Positions 53,101-62,588 of a stretch of 64,000 nt of DNA are shown here, one piece after another. The stretch comes from an uncultured delta proteobacterium. Lineage in GTDB: Bacteria > Myxococcota_A > UBA9160 > UBA4427. Location of the stretch: the NCBI GenBank assembly GCA_963822965.1, contig CAWGJT010000010.1, positions 1 to 64,000 on the forward strand, written 5' to 3'. The notes below the pieces were generated by a model, which saw only the letters and a program-made list of their open reading frames with translations, was not told the DNA's origin and did no database searches. Positions within the stretch are counted from its first letter, which is position 1; the number at the start of each line of letters is the position of its first letter. Position numbers and translations under genes: made by a program.

Positions 53101-55946
53101 CCCACGCAGCTCTGGACCTCGCTCTGGCACTCGCCCACGTCCGAGCCGCTGACGATGTCCGCGATGCCGTTGTCCTCGACCCCGTTGCAGTCGTCGTCGA
53201 GGCCGTTGCAGCTCTCCTGGGACGGCGGGATGCCGATCTGCGTCACCTGGAAGGCGCCGCCGACGCAGCTCTGGATGCCGGTCTGACACTCGCCCACGTC
53301 CGACCCGGTGACGATGTCCGCGATGCCGTCGTCGGGAACGCTGTTGCAGTCGTCGTCGAGACCGTTGCAGGTCTCGGCGCTGGGTGGAATCGCGGTCTGG
53401 GTCACCTGGAACGAGCCGCTGATGCAGCTCTCGACCTGGCTGCGGCACTCGCCCACGTCCGAGCCGGTGACGATGTTGGCGATGCCGTCGTCGTTGGCCG
53501 AGTTGCAGTCGTCGTCGAGGCCGTTGCAGACCTCGCTCGTGGGCCCGATGCCGGTCTGGGTGACCTGGAAGGCGCCGCCCACGCAGCTCTGCACCTCGGT
53601 CTGGCACTCGCCCACGTCCGTTCCGGCGACGAGGTTGGCGATGCCGTTGTCCGGGCTTCCATTGCAGTCGTCGTCGAGTCCGTTGCAGGTCTCGGCGGCC
53701 GGCGCGATGCCGGCCTGGGTCACCTGGAAGGCGCCGCCCACGCAGCTCTGGATCTCGCGCTGGCATTCGCCCACGTCCGATCCGCTCACGAGGTCCGCGA
53801 CGTCGTTGTCGGGCACCGAGTCGCAATCGTCGTCGAGGCCGTTGCAGGTCTCGGCTGCGGGCCCGATGCCGGCCTGGGTCACCTGGAAAGCGCCGCCGAT
53901 GCAGCTCTGCACCTCGGTCTGGCACTCGCCCACGTCCGAGCCGGTGACGAGATCGGCGATGCCGTCGTCGGGCAGGCTGTTGCAGTCGTCGTCGAGTCCG
54001 TTGCAGGTCTCGGCGGCCGGCGCGATGCCCGCCTGGGTCACCTGGAAGACGCCGCCGATGCAGCTCTGCACCTCGGTCTGGCACTCGCCCACGTCCGATC
54101 CGGTGACGCGATCGGCGATGCCGTCGTCGGGCAGGCTGTTGCAGTCGTCGTCGAGTCCGTTGCAGGTCTCGGCGACCGGCGCGATGCCGGCCTGGGTCAC
54201 CTGGAAGGCGCCGCCGATGCAGCTCTGCACCTCGGTCTGGCACTCGCCCACGTCCGATCCGGTGACGATGTCCGCGATGCCGTCGTCCGCCTGACCGTTG
54301 CAGTCGTCGTCCAGGCTGTTGCAGGTCTCGGCGACGGGCCCGATGGCGCTCTGGGTGACCTGGTAGCTGCCGTCGACGCAGCTCTGGATCTCCGTCTGGC
54401 ACTCGCCCACGTCCGAGCCCGTCACGAGGGGAGCGGCGTCCTCGTCCACCGCCAGGTCGCAGTCGTTGTCGAGGCCGTCGCAGAGATCGTTCGCCGCCGC
54501 GCCCGCCAGCGGGTCGCACGTGTCGAAGGGGACGCCGCCCTGGCACTGGAGGAGTCCCACGTTGCCGCTGCACTCGCCGACGCCGCACGTGGTCGCCACG
54601 GGCACGTACTCGTCGTCGGGGGTCCCGTCACAGTCGTTGTCGAATCCGTCGCACTGGTCGTCGGGGACGGCCCCCGCCAGCGGGTCGCAGGTATCCACCG
54701 GAACGCCCGCCTGGCACTCGAGGAGGCCCGTGTTCGCGCTGCAGGCACCCACGCCGCAGCTGGTGGTCGTCGCGACGTACTCGTCGTCCGGGGTTCCGTC
54801 GCAGTCGTTGTCGAGTCCGTCGCACTGGTCGTCGGGCAGGGCGCCCGCCAGCGGGTCGCAGGTGTCGACCGGAACGCCGCCTGGCACTCGAGGAGGCGCC
54901 GTGTTGCGCTGCAGGCACCCACGCCGCAGGTGGTGGTCGGCGGCGACGTACTCGTCGTCCGGGGTTCCGTCACAGTCGTTGTCGAGGCCGTCGCACTGGT
55001 CGTCGGGGACGGCCCCCGCCAGCGGGTCGCAGGTGTCCACCGGAACGCCCGCCTGGCACTCGAGGAGGCCCGTGTTCGCGCTGCAGGCACCCACGCCGCA
55101 GCTGGTGGTCGTCGCGACGTACTCGTCGTCCGGGGTTCCGTCGCAGTCGTTGTCGAGTCCGTCGCACTGGTCGTCGGGCAGGGCGCCGGCGAGGGGGTCG
55201 CAGGTATCCACCAGGACCCCCGCCTGGCACTCGAGCAGGCCGGCGTTCGCGCTGCATTCCCCTACGCCGCAGGAGGTCGGGATGGGCGTGATGTCGTTGT
55301 CGATCACCAGGTCGCAGTCGTTGTCGTAGCCGTCGCAGATCTCCGGCCCGCAGGTGCGCTCGACGAAGACCGTGATCTGGAGTCCGCTCAGGTCGACGCT
55401 GTCCGCCTTGGCGGTGCCGGTCTGGATCACGGACAGGGTGGCGTCGTCGTGCTGGAAGTCGGCGAGATTCGCGCCCAGGTCGGTGAGCCGGAAGCCCGCG
55501 CCGCCGTTCCACGGCAGCCGGCCGGTGAGATCGGTGTTGCAGGCGTCCACCGCGGTGCAGGTCGCCACCAGCGCCGTTCCCAGGTAGACCTCGACGGGGG
55601 CGCTCCAGGCGTTGGTTCCGCCCCAGACGCCCTCGATCAGGATGTCGGTCACCACGTCGCCGGGCGTGCGGGTGAAGGTGAACGTGCGCAGGACGCCGAG
55701 GTCCTGGGGGAAATCCGCGCCCGTACACGAAGGCGAGCACGCCGGGGTCTGGAAGATGTCGCCCACCGCGAAGGGGCCGAGCTGGAGCGGATCCGCGCTG
55801 GCGCGGTTCGGGGCCGCCACGGCGGCGAAGCACAGCGCGGCGAGCGCGGCGCCGCGCAGGAAGGCGCGCGCGCGTCTCCGCGCTCCCGGGTTGCCGCTAC
55901 CGGTTCGGTGCGGCCGGTCTGCTCTGCTGGGGGGGGATTCGAACAA
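50142..55946 (-). CDS. Giant surface protein: about 26 CxGxDxDC (MopE-related metal-binding) repeats, LVIVD propeller, PEP-CTERM-like tail
   Basis: 57-aa and 53-aa repeat types; LVIVD-like GGLELYDVSDPADP; GPVPEPTMAQLVTAALGTLLWLQARGRRRR. Confidence 0.9.
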   Translation of the reverse strand: MFESPPSRADRPHRTGSGNPGARRRARAFLRGAALAALCFAAVAAPNRASADPLQLGPFAVGDIFQTPACSPSCTGADFPQDLGVLRTFTFTRTPGDVVTDILIEGVWGGTNAWSAPVEVYLGTALVATCTAVDACNTDLTGRLPWNGGAGFRLTDLGANLADFQHDDATLSVIQTGTAKADSVDLSGLQITVFVERTCGPEICDGYDNDCDLVIDNDITPIPTSCGVGECSANAGLLECQAGVLVDTCDPLAGALPDDQCDGLDNDCDGTPDDEYVATTTSCGVGACSANTGLLECQAGVPVDTCDPLAGAVPDDQCDGLDNDCDGTPDDEYVAADHHLRRGCLQRNTAPPRVPGGVPVDTCDPLAGALPDDQCDGLDNDCDGTPDDEYVATTTSCGVGACSANTGLLECQAGVPVDTCDPLAGAVPDDQCDGFDNDCDGTPDDEYVPVATTCGVGECSGNVGLLQCQGGVPFDTCDPLAGAAANDLCDGLDNDCDLAVDEDAAPLVTGSDVGECQTEIQSCVDGSYQVTQSAIGPVAETCNSLDDDCNGQADDGIADIVTGSDVGECQTEVQSCIGGAFQVTQAGIAPVAETCNGLDDDCNSLPDDGIADRVTGSDVGECQTEVQSCIGGVFQVTQAGIAPAAETCNGLDDDCNSLPDDGIADLVTGSDVGECQTEVQSCIGGAFQVTQAGIGPAAETCNGLDDDCDSVPDNDVADLVSGSDVGECQREIQSCVGGAFQVTQAGIAPAAETCNGLDDDCNGSPDNGIANLVAGTDVGECQTEVQSCVGGAFQVTQTGIGPTSEVCNGLDDDCNSANDDGIANIVTGSDVGECRSQVESCISGSFQVTQTAIPPSAETCNGLDDDCNSVPDDGIADIVTGSDVGECQTGIQSCVGGAFQVTQIGIPPSQESCNGLDDDCNGVEDNGIADIVSGSDVGECQSEVQSCVGGAFQVTQAGILPTTEVCNGLDDDCDTVPDDNIEDIVTSTDTGQCQAEIQSCIDGTFQITQTGVGPAPEVCNGLDDDCDTDIDEEIADRVNGSDVGECQAEIQSCIGGSFQVTRPAIGPTVEICNGLDDDCDTVPDDNVGNLVTGSDIGECQTEIQTCVAGAYEVTQTAIGPAAETCNSLDDDCNGQADDGIADVVTGTDVGECRTEIQSCVGGALQITQPGILPATETCNGLDDDCNSLPDDGIADLTTGTDVGECQTEIQSCIGGAFQVTQTAIPPTAETCNGLDDDCNSLPDDGIADIVTGTDVGACQSEIQSCVDGSFRVTQAAIEATAETCNGLDDDCNSLPDDGLADVVTGSSVGECQTEIQRCVGGAVTIVQAGIEPITEVCNGLDDDCDAVPDDGIQPIATGVTIGECRAEIQECIDGSFQVTQTRIDPTEEICNGKDENCNSIADDIPNIVTGSDVGECRTEIQSCLGGTFQVTQTEILPATEVCNGLDDDCDGEDDDGIADIVTGSDVGECQEGIQSCIGGSFQVTQVMNGPTSEICNGLDDDCSGVADNGFGPISCGVGVCETSVASCVDGVSQACVPLPGPGMELCLDGLDDDCDGSVDDGDTCELPSFDAWARDIELSQFSDRNLVLVAAEAGGLRLLEFSQLGPHPVGALDPGTCKDGFSTVPANVEDVDAESRSAITYLAAGPCGFWIASIADVSNPTFLAVVDTPGFALDVEVAEDDLLLFVADHNGGLELYDVSDPADPQELGHVGRTDANFGASIDVDFVDGIAYVATTRGLRVVDPSNVEAPTLIGAFDTPSGSGPGQDVEVVHWGDQTLAYLSAFQEGVYVLDVTEPTLPQMIARIPSRVPGVAAVYETTVAGTRAFLAEDSPELRIFDVSDPSDPLELDPFESRGHVWDVAVRDAVAYVGYGEDAFGATPGVDAVHVTTMGLQPADVGPVPEPTMAQLVTAALGTLLWLQARGRRRRTASWATEK

Positions 55947-56032
55947 AGCTCAGCTTGCCGTCGGGTCCTCTCGGCTCGTGATCGGCCTCGGGGGTTGGGG
56001 GTTCGGATCGAGATGGAAATCGAGATGGAACA

Positions 56033-56986
56033 TCAGGGAATGCAGCCTCTCTCGGGTGGCACGCCGCAGGGGCCCGGTGGCGCCACCTTGTAGACGGGGT
56101 TGCAGGTGATGGGGTCGCAGACCTCCTCGTCCATGCCGAGCTTGCTCAGCTCGATGACGAGCGCCGACGGGGCGCTGGGCGCCTCGAGGGGCAGCCCCTC
56201 GGGCGGAAAGTCTTCCCGTACGATCTTGCGGAGGTCGCTGACGGGACGATCGCCCGGGCGCGCCTCGCCGGAGCCGGCGCTCACGGCCGGGAGCGCGGCG
56301 GCCAGGATGGCGCGGTCGGCTCGCAGCGCCGCCCCGAACTCGCTGCCGTCCCCGAGGCAGGGCGCCAGGCTCTCGCGCGACACGGGGTGGGGGGCGCCAG
56401 GCGCCTCACCCGGTCGCAGGGTCAGCTGCTGGCCGGATTCCACCGCCAGGGTCCCGAGGCCCGGTGTCCCGGCGATCGGTGCCTGGGAGCCGCCGTCGCG
56501 TGACACGCGCACGGGACTCTCGAGGGCGCTGACGATGGTCGCTCCGCTGCCGGGCTCCACCGAGATGTGCGCGCCGGCCCCCAGGACCTCGATTCGCGCC
56601 GCGGGCGTGTACACCACGAGGGGGCCGTCGACCGGCCGGTCCAGCGCGACGAGCGTCAGCGCGCCCTCGCGCAGGTCGATGGTGCCGGGGCTTCCCATCG
56701 CCTCGAAGGTCGCCCGGGCGTCGCCGCACAGCCGTACCAGGGCCCGGTCGTCCATCAACAGCGTGCAGCGCCCACCCGTCCCGACCTCCAGCAGCTGCCC
56801 CTCGGTCACGTCCGCGTGGAGCGCGAGCGGGCCGCCCGCGAGGCGGACCGCGCCGCTGCGCGAGGTCACCTGCACCTGGGCGCCGGCGTCGCTCGCCATC
56901 AGCGCGCAGCCCGCCAGCAGCCAGGCCCAGCGCGCCGCGGCGCGGCGCCGGCTCCGATCGGGGCCTCGATTCGGGTCAGAACGCAT
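56033..56986 (-). CDS. FecR-like domain exported protein
   Basis: Signal/TM, EVGTGGRCTLLMDDRALVRL, TPAARIEVLG, VSALESPVRV. Confidence 0.7.
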   Translation of the reverse strand: MRSDPNRGPDRSRRRAAARWAWLLAGCALMASDAGAQVQVTSRSGAVRLAGGPLALHADVTEGQLLEVGTGGRCTLLMDDRALVRLCGDARATFEAMGSPGTIDLREGALTLVALDRPVDGPLVVYTPAARIEVLGAGAHISVEPGSGATIVSALESPVRVSRDGGSQAPIAGTPGLGTLAVESGQQLTLRPGEAPGAPHPVSRESLAPCLGDGSEFGAALRADRAILAAALPAVSAGSGEARPGDRPVSDLRKIVREDFPPEGLPLEAPSAPSALVIELSKLGMDEEVCDPITCNPVYKVAPPGPCGVPPERGCIP

Positions 56987-58592
56987 AACGCACGTAGCCC
57001 CCGATGATGAAGCGCTGGATGTCGAAGTTGTCGATGTTGGATCCGTTGTGGGAATAGGATCCCGCCAGGGACACGGTGTACTGCCGGAAGAAGGTGCGGT
57101 CCAGGTTGAAGGAGATCTCGTGCTCGTTGTCCTCGCGCTTGCGCGGTGGCTCCAGGGTGGAGGTTACCGCGCTGTCCTTCGTGTAGTGGCGATAAGCGTA
57201 GCGGTAGAGCGCACCGATCGAGAACGACCACGGCAGGTCCATCTCGCCCCCCACCGAGGCCTCCACGCCGTTGTGGCGAAACTCCGTGCCGTCCGAGTGG
57301 AAGCTGGTGAGCAGCCCGCCCACCACCACGTAGCGGAACGGGGCCGGAAGGAAGACGAACTGCTGGGCGCCGACGCTGTGCTGGGGTCCGCTGCGGTCGA
57401 AGGCGTCCTTGTTGCTGGTGTTGACGTCGTAGTCGTAGTAGAGGAACTGGTAGTAGGAGAGGAAGAGGCCCCAGTCGGATACGGGGACGTAGACCGTGGG
57501 GGCCACCCGCTGGATGGTGCGGAAGTTGTCGCTGAGGTCGATGGCCGTGTACGAGAAGTCGTAGCGCAGGGCCACGCTCAGGGCGTCGAAGTCGTAGCTC
57601 GTGTTGGTCCACACCACGTGGGTCTGCTGGCTCAGGTCGTAGGGGGAAGCCTGCGTGACGCCGAAGTCCTGATCGTGGGTGTCCGTGTAGATCTGCAGGT
57701 ATCCGTCGTAGCCGACGCGCCAGATCAGGCTCCGCCTGCGGTAGACCTCGGCCTGTCCCTGGAGACGCACCACGGCCGCGGGGGAGTCGGCGCTGCCCGG
57801 CTGATCGACCGAGCTCGTGTCGTCGGGCGACAGGCGGACGTTGTCGTTGTACTCGAAGCCCACGGTGGCGGCGAGGGACCAGCGCCGGCCCGCGCGCGCC
57901 GCCTGCTCGCGCAGGCTGCTGGCGGAGCGACCGAGGGGATCCTGCGGCGAGGCGCTGGCGGCGGTGCTGAAGGCGGCTGCGGAGGCTCCGGCGTCGCCGA
58001 GGTGCGCCTCCGACAGACCGATGTAGTAGTGGCCCTCGGCCGAGAGCGCGCGATCGCCCTCGACCGCCCGCTCGAGGGAGTCGAGGGCGTCCTCGTAGGC
58101 GGCCATCCGGTACAGCGCGATGCCCCGGTACAGCAGGGCCAGGGCGTGATCCGGCTCGCGTTCCAGCACGGCGTCGAACTGGGCCAGCGCCTCCTCGTTC
58201 CGCTGGGCCTCGAGGAGCTGCGCACCCAGGTCGATGCGCGCCGCGGTCACGTCGGGAGATTCCGGAGCGTTGCGAGACGCGTCGCGAGAGAGATCGACGA
58301 CCTTCTGCAGGTACTCGATGGCCGCCGCGGTGTCGCCGTCCTGGATGGCGATCAGGCCCAGGTAGTGAAGCGCGCTGGTGTTCTCGGGATCCTCCCGCAG
58401 CACCGCCTCGAAGTCGCGACGCGCGGCGTCGCGATCGCCGTCGCCGAAGCTCGCGACCCCGCGGTGGAACGCGAGCTCGCTCTCGGGGGAGGCCAGCGCC
58501 GGCGTTGCGGCAAGCGCAGAAGCCGCCAGGACGATCGCGGCCAGGGCAGACGCCGACCGGAACGAAGACGCTTGGAATGACAGGCAGATCAT
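56976..58592 (-). CDS. TPR plus outer-membrane beta-barrel (Slam/DUF560-like)
   Basis: Signal peptide, several TPRs, GFEYNDNV barrel start, aromatic beta-strands, C-terminal YVRYAF. Confidence 0.8.
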   Translation of the reverse strand: MICLSFQASSFRSASALAAIVLAASALAATPALASPESELAFHRGVASFGDGDRDAARRDFEAVLREDPENTSALHYLGLIAIQDGDTAAAIEYLQKVVDLSRDASRNAPESPDVTAARIDLGAQLLEAQRNEEALAQFDAVLEREPDHALALLYRGIALYRMAAYEDALDSLERAVEGDRALSAEGHYYIGLSEAHLGDAGASAAAFSTAASASPQDPLGRSASSLREQAARAGRRWSLAATVGFEYNDNVRLSPDDTSSVDQPGSADSPAAVVRLQGQAEVYRRRSLIWRVGYDGYLQIYTDTHDQDFGVTQASPYDLSQQTHVVWTNTSYDFDALSVALRYDFSYTAIDLSDNFRTIQRVAPTVYVPVSDWGLFLSYYQFLYYDYDVNTSNKDAFDRSGPQHSVGAQQFVFLPAPFRYVVVGGLLTSFHSDGTEFRHNGVEASVGGEMDLPWSFSIGALYRYAYRHYTKDSAVTSTLEPPRKREDNEHEISFNLDRTFFRQYTVSLAGSYSHNGSNIDNFDIQRFIIGGYVRYAF

Positions 58593-58783
58593 GCCGCTCC
58601 CTGGGCCAGCATCGAGGTCGGGACACGGCCGGAAGGCCCCGAAGGGGATCGGGGGCCTTCGAGCATCCGACTGTCAACCGGCGTTCCATCATAACTCGGG
58701 GAGCCCCGGGAAGAAGGGCGGTGAAGCAGGATCACGGCAGGAAGAGCAGAGCGCACGGGAGCAGCTCACCGCACCCCCACGGG

Positions 58784-58894
58784 GCCCGCGGAGGAGAGCC
58801 TTCAGCCCGCGGAGGAGAGCCTTCAGCCCGCGGAGGAGAGCCTTCAGCCCGCGGAGGAGAGCCTTCAGCCCGCGGAGGAGAGCCTTCAGCCCGC
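58784..58894. repeat. Perfect 21-bp intergenic tandem repeat x5
   Basis: GCCCGCGGAGGAGAGCCTTCA x5 plus a partial copy. Confidence 0.95.
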
Positions 58895-59200
58895 TGAATA
58901 ATGCGGACCGTCGCCGCGCCCCCCGACCACGTTGCTCACCGCCCCGTTCTCCCACCCTGGATGCGGACGTTGGGGCTGCCCGTCGGGATGACCCCGCCGG
59001 CATGACGAGGCGACCGGGTTCCATCATACACCCGGAAGAGTCGGTGGCGCGCGATCGATTCGCTGGCCATTGGAGCGGTCCCGGCGGCGCCCGGGCGGCC
59101 CAGCCGAGAGCTTCGCTCGGCGCTGCGTCGGCGTCGTGCCGGATGCGGCGCAGCGGTGGCCGGTCGTTCCGGGTGCTATGCACTGGGCGGGGGGTGACCG

Positions 59201-60298
59201 ATGGGCAGAACGGCTCGCCTTGGCGTGCGCCCGGAGCTCGGCCGCACATGGCGGCGGCCCCGGTGGTTTCGACGGCCGCCGGCGGAGGCGCCGGTCTCGG
59301 AGGCCCCCTCGGCCCTGGAGCCGCCGCCCGACCCCGCGGAGCCGGTGCCTCCGGAGCAGCCGCCTGCCACGCTGCCGCCGGGGCGGCAGGTGGCGCTGTC
59401 GCGCGGCGGCTCGATCTTCGTGCGCGAGGTCGAAGGCCCCGCCGATGCGCCGGTGCTCCTGATGCTCCACGGCTTCATCGCGAGCGGGGGGCTCAACTGG
59501 CACCCTGCCTTCCATCCCCTGGGCGCCCACTTTCGCGTCATCGCACCCGATCTGCGGGGTCACGGCCGCGGCTTGCGAGGGCTGCGGACCTCCTTCTCGT
59601 TCGCGGCGTGCGCCGACGACCTGGCGGCCCTGCTCGAGACGCTGTCCATCGAGTCGGCGATCCCGGTGGGCTACTCGATGGGAGGGCCGATCGCCCAGAC
59701 CCTGTGGCGGCGACATCCGGGGCGCATCGGGGGTCTCGTGCTCTGCGCCACCTCGCCCCGCCTCGGCGTGGGCGGGCGACTCGGCGCCAGGCTGGTGGCG
59801 CCGGCGCTCTCGGCCGCGGCCATCACTGCGCGCATCGGCCAGGTTGCCACCCCCATCCCGGCCGCCCTGCGACGCCTCCTCGGCGAGCTGGTGGGCAGCG
59901 ACCTCGACGCGCCGCACGCGCGCTGGGCCCTCGGAGAGATCAGCCGCCACGACCCGCGCATGTTGATGGAGGCCGCCGCCGAGCTCCAGCGCTTCGATGC
60001 GGTCGCCTGGCTGCGCTCGATCGACGTACCCGCGGCCTGCATCATCACGACCGAGGACAAGACGGTTCCGCCCGAGAGCCAGATCCTGAACGGCCTCCAC
60101 ATCCGCAACGCGAAGGTCTACTGCGTCGAGGCGGGGCACCTGGCGCACGCGGACCCGAGGTTTCTCGCCGCGCTGGTCACCGCCTGTCGCGACGTCGCGG
60201 GACGCTCCGCCACCGCTCCGCCGCCCCGAAGGCGCGCCCGCATCCGCCGGGGCGTCGAGGCGTACGTCGACGCGCTCCTGGCGCCGCCGCGCGCCTGA
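59201..60298 (+). CDS. Alpha/beta hydrolase
   Basis: LLMLHG, APDLRGHG, GYSMGG, TEDKTV, AGH. Confidence 0.9.
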   Translation: MGRTARLGVRPELGRTWRRPRWFRRPPAEAPVSEAPSALEPPPDPAEPVPPEQPPATLPPGRQVALSRGGSIFVREVEGPADAPVLLMLHGFIASGGLNWHPAFHPLGAHFRVIAPDLRGHGRGLRGLRTSFSFAACADDLAALLETLSIESAIPVGYSMGGPIAQTLWRRHPGRIGGLVLCATSPRLGVGGRLGARLVAPALSAAAITARIGQVATPIPAALRRLLGELVGSDLDAPHARWALGEISRHDPRMLMEAAAELQRFDAVAWLRSIDVPAACIITTEDKTVPPESQILNGLHIRNAKVYCVEAGHLAHADPRFLAALVTACRDVAGRSATAPPPRRRARIRRGVEAYVDALLAPPRA

Positions 60299-60440
60299 GC
60301 GACCCCGGTCCCGAGCCACTCGGCGTCCCGATCTGCCCCATCCTCCCTCGGGCCCACGCCGTAAGAGCCACGGTCGGGTCTCGTGCCGCCCGCTCTGGCC
60401 CACCCTGGCTCCGGCGCGAGACTTGCACCAACGTAGAGCG

Positions 60441-62060
60441 ATGACACCCACCGAGCCGACGCCTTCGACCGCCGGGGAGACTGCCGGGGAGACCCCGAAG
60501 CGTGCTCGCGCGCGGCCCTCGCCGGCTGCAAAGCAGGCCCCTCCGAAGACGGGGAAGGCCGTGAAGGCCGGGACGCCAGCCCGTTCCCGCAAGCCTCCCG
60601 CCTCCCCGGAGCCCGCTCCCACACCCGAATCCGTCCCCCAGCTCGACTACGAGCGGCTGTCCACCCAGGACAGCTCGCTGTTGATGTTCGAGCATCGCAC
60701 GACGCACATGCACGTTGCGGCGATCGGGGTGTTCGAGGTGGGGCCCCTGCGCAACGAGGCGGGTGGGCTCGACGCGCGGCGGATCGCGCAGTACGTGGAG
60801 TCGCGGCTGGGGACGATTCCGCGCTATCGGCAGAAGCTGGCCTTCACGCCGCTGCAGCGGCACCCGGTGTGGGTAGACGACGAGCACTTCGACCTCGACT
60901 ACCACGTGCGTCACACGGCGCTGCCGCGGCCCGGTACCGAGGCGGATCTCAAGCGCCTGGTCGGGCGGATCCTGTCGCAGCCGCTCGACCGCGACCGGCC
61001 GCTCTGGGAGATGTGGATCATCGAGGGGCTCGAAGGCGATTGCTTCGCCCTGCTGACCAAGGTGCACCACTGCATGGTGGACGGGGCGTCGGGGGTGACC
61101 CTCATGACGCTGCTGTTCCGCACCGATCCCGACGCCTCGATTCCCCCCACCGAGGCGTGGTTTCCGCGGCCCCAGCCTTCCTTCTGGCAGCTGGCGGCGG
61201 ACGAGGTGGCGGACCTCGCAAGCGGGCCGCTCTCCATCGGGCTCGACCTGGTGGGCTCGCTGCTGGATCCCCAGGCAACCTTGCGCGCGGCGCGCGAACG
61301 CGCGACGTCCGTGGGCGAGGCCCTGCGCGCGGGCTTCCACCTGCCGTCGGGCAGCGCCCTCAACCAGCCCATCGGCCCGCACCGCCGGGTGGAGTGGCGC
61401 ATCTACGACCTCGACGACTTCAAGCGCCTGCGCCGCCGGCTCGGCGGTACGGTGAACGACGTAGTGCTGACGGTGGTGACCGGTGCGGTGCGCCGCTTCC
61501 TCGAGCGCCGCGGCGAGGATCTGGAGGCGATCGACTATCGCGTGGTCATTCCGGTGAACATGCGCTCGGAGTCGGGCGATCCCGAGGCCGCGAACCGGGT
61601 CTCGGCGTTCTTCATGACGCTGCCGGTGGGCGAGCCCGATCCGGTCGCCCGCTTCGACGCCGTCCGCGCCGAGACGGCGCGCATGAAGACGTCGCATGCG
61701 GCCGAGGGGATCGACTTCTTCACCCAGCTCATCGACCGCACCGGCTCGACCCTGCTCACCGAGCTGGGCGTGCGGCTCGCGGCCCGGGTGCAGCCCTACA
61801 ACCAGATCGTCAGCAACGTGCCCGGCCCGCAGTACCCGCTCTACGTGCTGGGCGCGCGGCTGCTCTCGCTCGCGCCGTTGCCGCCCCTCTTCGAGCGCCA
61901 GGCCATGGGCACGGCGGTGATGAGCTACGACGACCGCATCTGCTGGGGCATCGTCGCCGACCGCGACACGGTGCCCGACTTGGGCGCCCTGGCCGACGAC
62001 GTGGACGCCGCCCTGGCCGAGCTGCGCGAGGCGGCGCCGGAAGAGCCCGGTCGAGGTTGA
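60441..62060 (+). CDS. Wax ester synthase/diacylglycerol acyltransferase (WS/DGAT)
   Basis: HMHV, PLDRDRPLWE, catalytic HHCMVDG, TVNDVVL, SNVPGP. Confidence 0.95.
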   Translation: MTPTEPTPSTAGETAGETPKRARARPSPAAKQAPPKTGKAVKAGTPARSRKPPASPEPAPTPESVPQLDYERLSTQDSSLLMFEHRTTHMHVAAIGVFEVGPLRNEAGGLDARRIAQYVESRLGTIPRYRQKLAFTPLQRHPVWVDDEHFDLDYHVRHTALPRPGTEADLKRLVGRILSQPLDRDRPLWEMWIIEGLEGDCFALLTKVHHCMVDGASGVTLMTLLFRTDPDASIPPTEAWFPRPQPSFWQLAADEVADLASGPLSIGLDLVGSLLDPQATLRAARERATSVGEALRAGFHLPSGSALNQPIGPHRRVEWRIYDLDDFKRLRRRLGGTVNDVVLTVVTGAVRRFLERRGEDLEAIDYRVVIPVNMRSESGDPEAANRVSAFFMTLPVGEPDPVARFDAVRAETARMKTSHAAEGIDFFTQLIDRTGSTLLTELGVRLAARVQPYNQIVSNVPGPQYPLYVLGARLLSLAPLPPLFERQAMGTAVMSYDDRICWGIVADRDTVPDLGALADDVDAALAELREAAPEEPGRG

Positions 62061-62581
62061 GCCCGTCCTGCCCCTGGCAGGTCCGTCCCTCGTCGCGGCA
62101 CGGACGGGGCGTCTTCGCGGTCGCGCCCATCGCCGAGGGGACGCGGATTCTCGAGTACACGGGGGAGCTCATCTCCCTGGAGGAGGGCGAGCGGCGCTAC
62201 CCGACGCCGCCCGAGGGCGAGAGCGAGGAGCCGGAGCACACCTATCTCCTGATGCTCGACGACGAGCGGGTCATCGACGCCAACGTCGGCGGCAACGACG
62301 CGCGCTTCATCAACCATTCCTGCGCGCCGAACTGCGAGCCCATGGCGTTCGGCGATCACATGTGGATCGTGGCCGTCCGCGACATCGAGCCCGGCGAAGA
62401 GCTCGGCTACGACTACGCGATCGAGCTCGACGAGCCCCACACCCCGGCGCGCAAGCGGCGCTTCCCGTGCGCGTGCGGAGCCGCAACGTGCCGCGGCTCG
62501 ATCCTCCGGCCGAAGCGTCAGCCGTTGGATCCCCTCGTGCGTCGCGCCCGGGCGCGCTTCGGTCCCCGAGCGCCGCGCTGA
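62057..62581 (+). CDS. SET-domain protein-lysine methyltransferase
   Basis: HGRGVFA..EYTGE..ARFINHSCAPNC..EELGYDY and post-SET CACGAATCRG. TTG overlaps the WS/DGAT stop. Confidence 0.92.
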   Translation: MSPSCPWQVRPSSRHGRGVFAVAPIAEGTRILEYTGELISLEEGERRYPTPPEGESEEPEHTYLLMLDDERVIDANVGGNDARFINHSCAPNCEPMAFGDHMWIVAVRDIEPGEELGYDYAIELDEPHTPARKRRFPCACGAATCRGSILRPKRQPLDPLVRRARARFGPRAPR

Positions 62582-62588
62582 CTCCTGG

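Noticed and set aside
50292..56093. 1933-aa plus-strand ORF and similar long shadow ORFs (45567..48140, 37255..39933, 56100..58580, 22096..24576)
   Set aside because: These are antisense mirrors of real genes, expected at high GC, and have no motifs.
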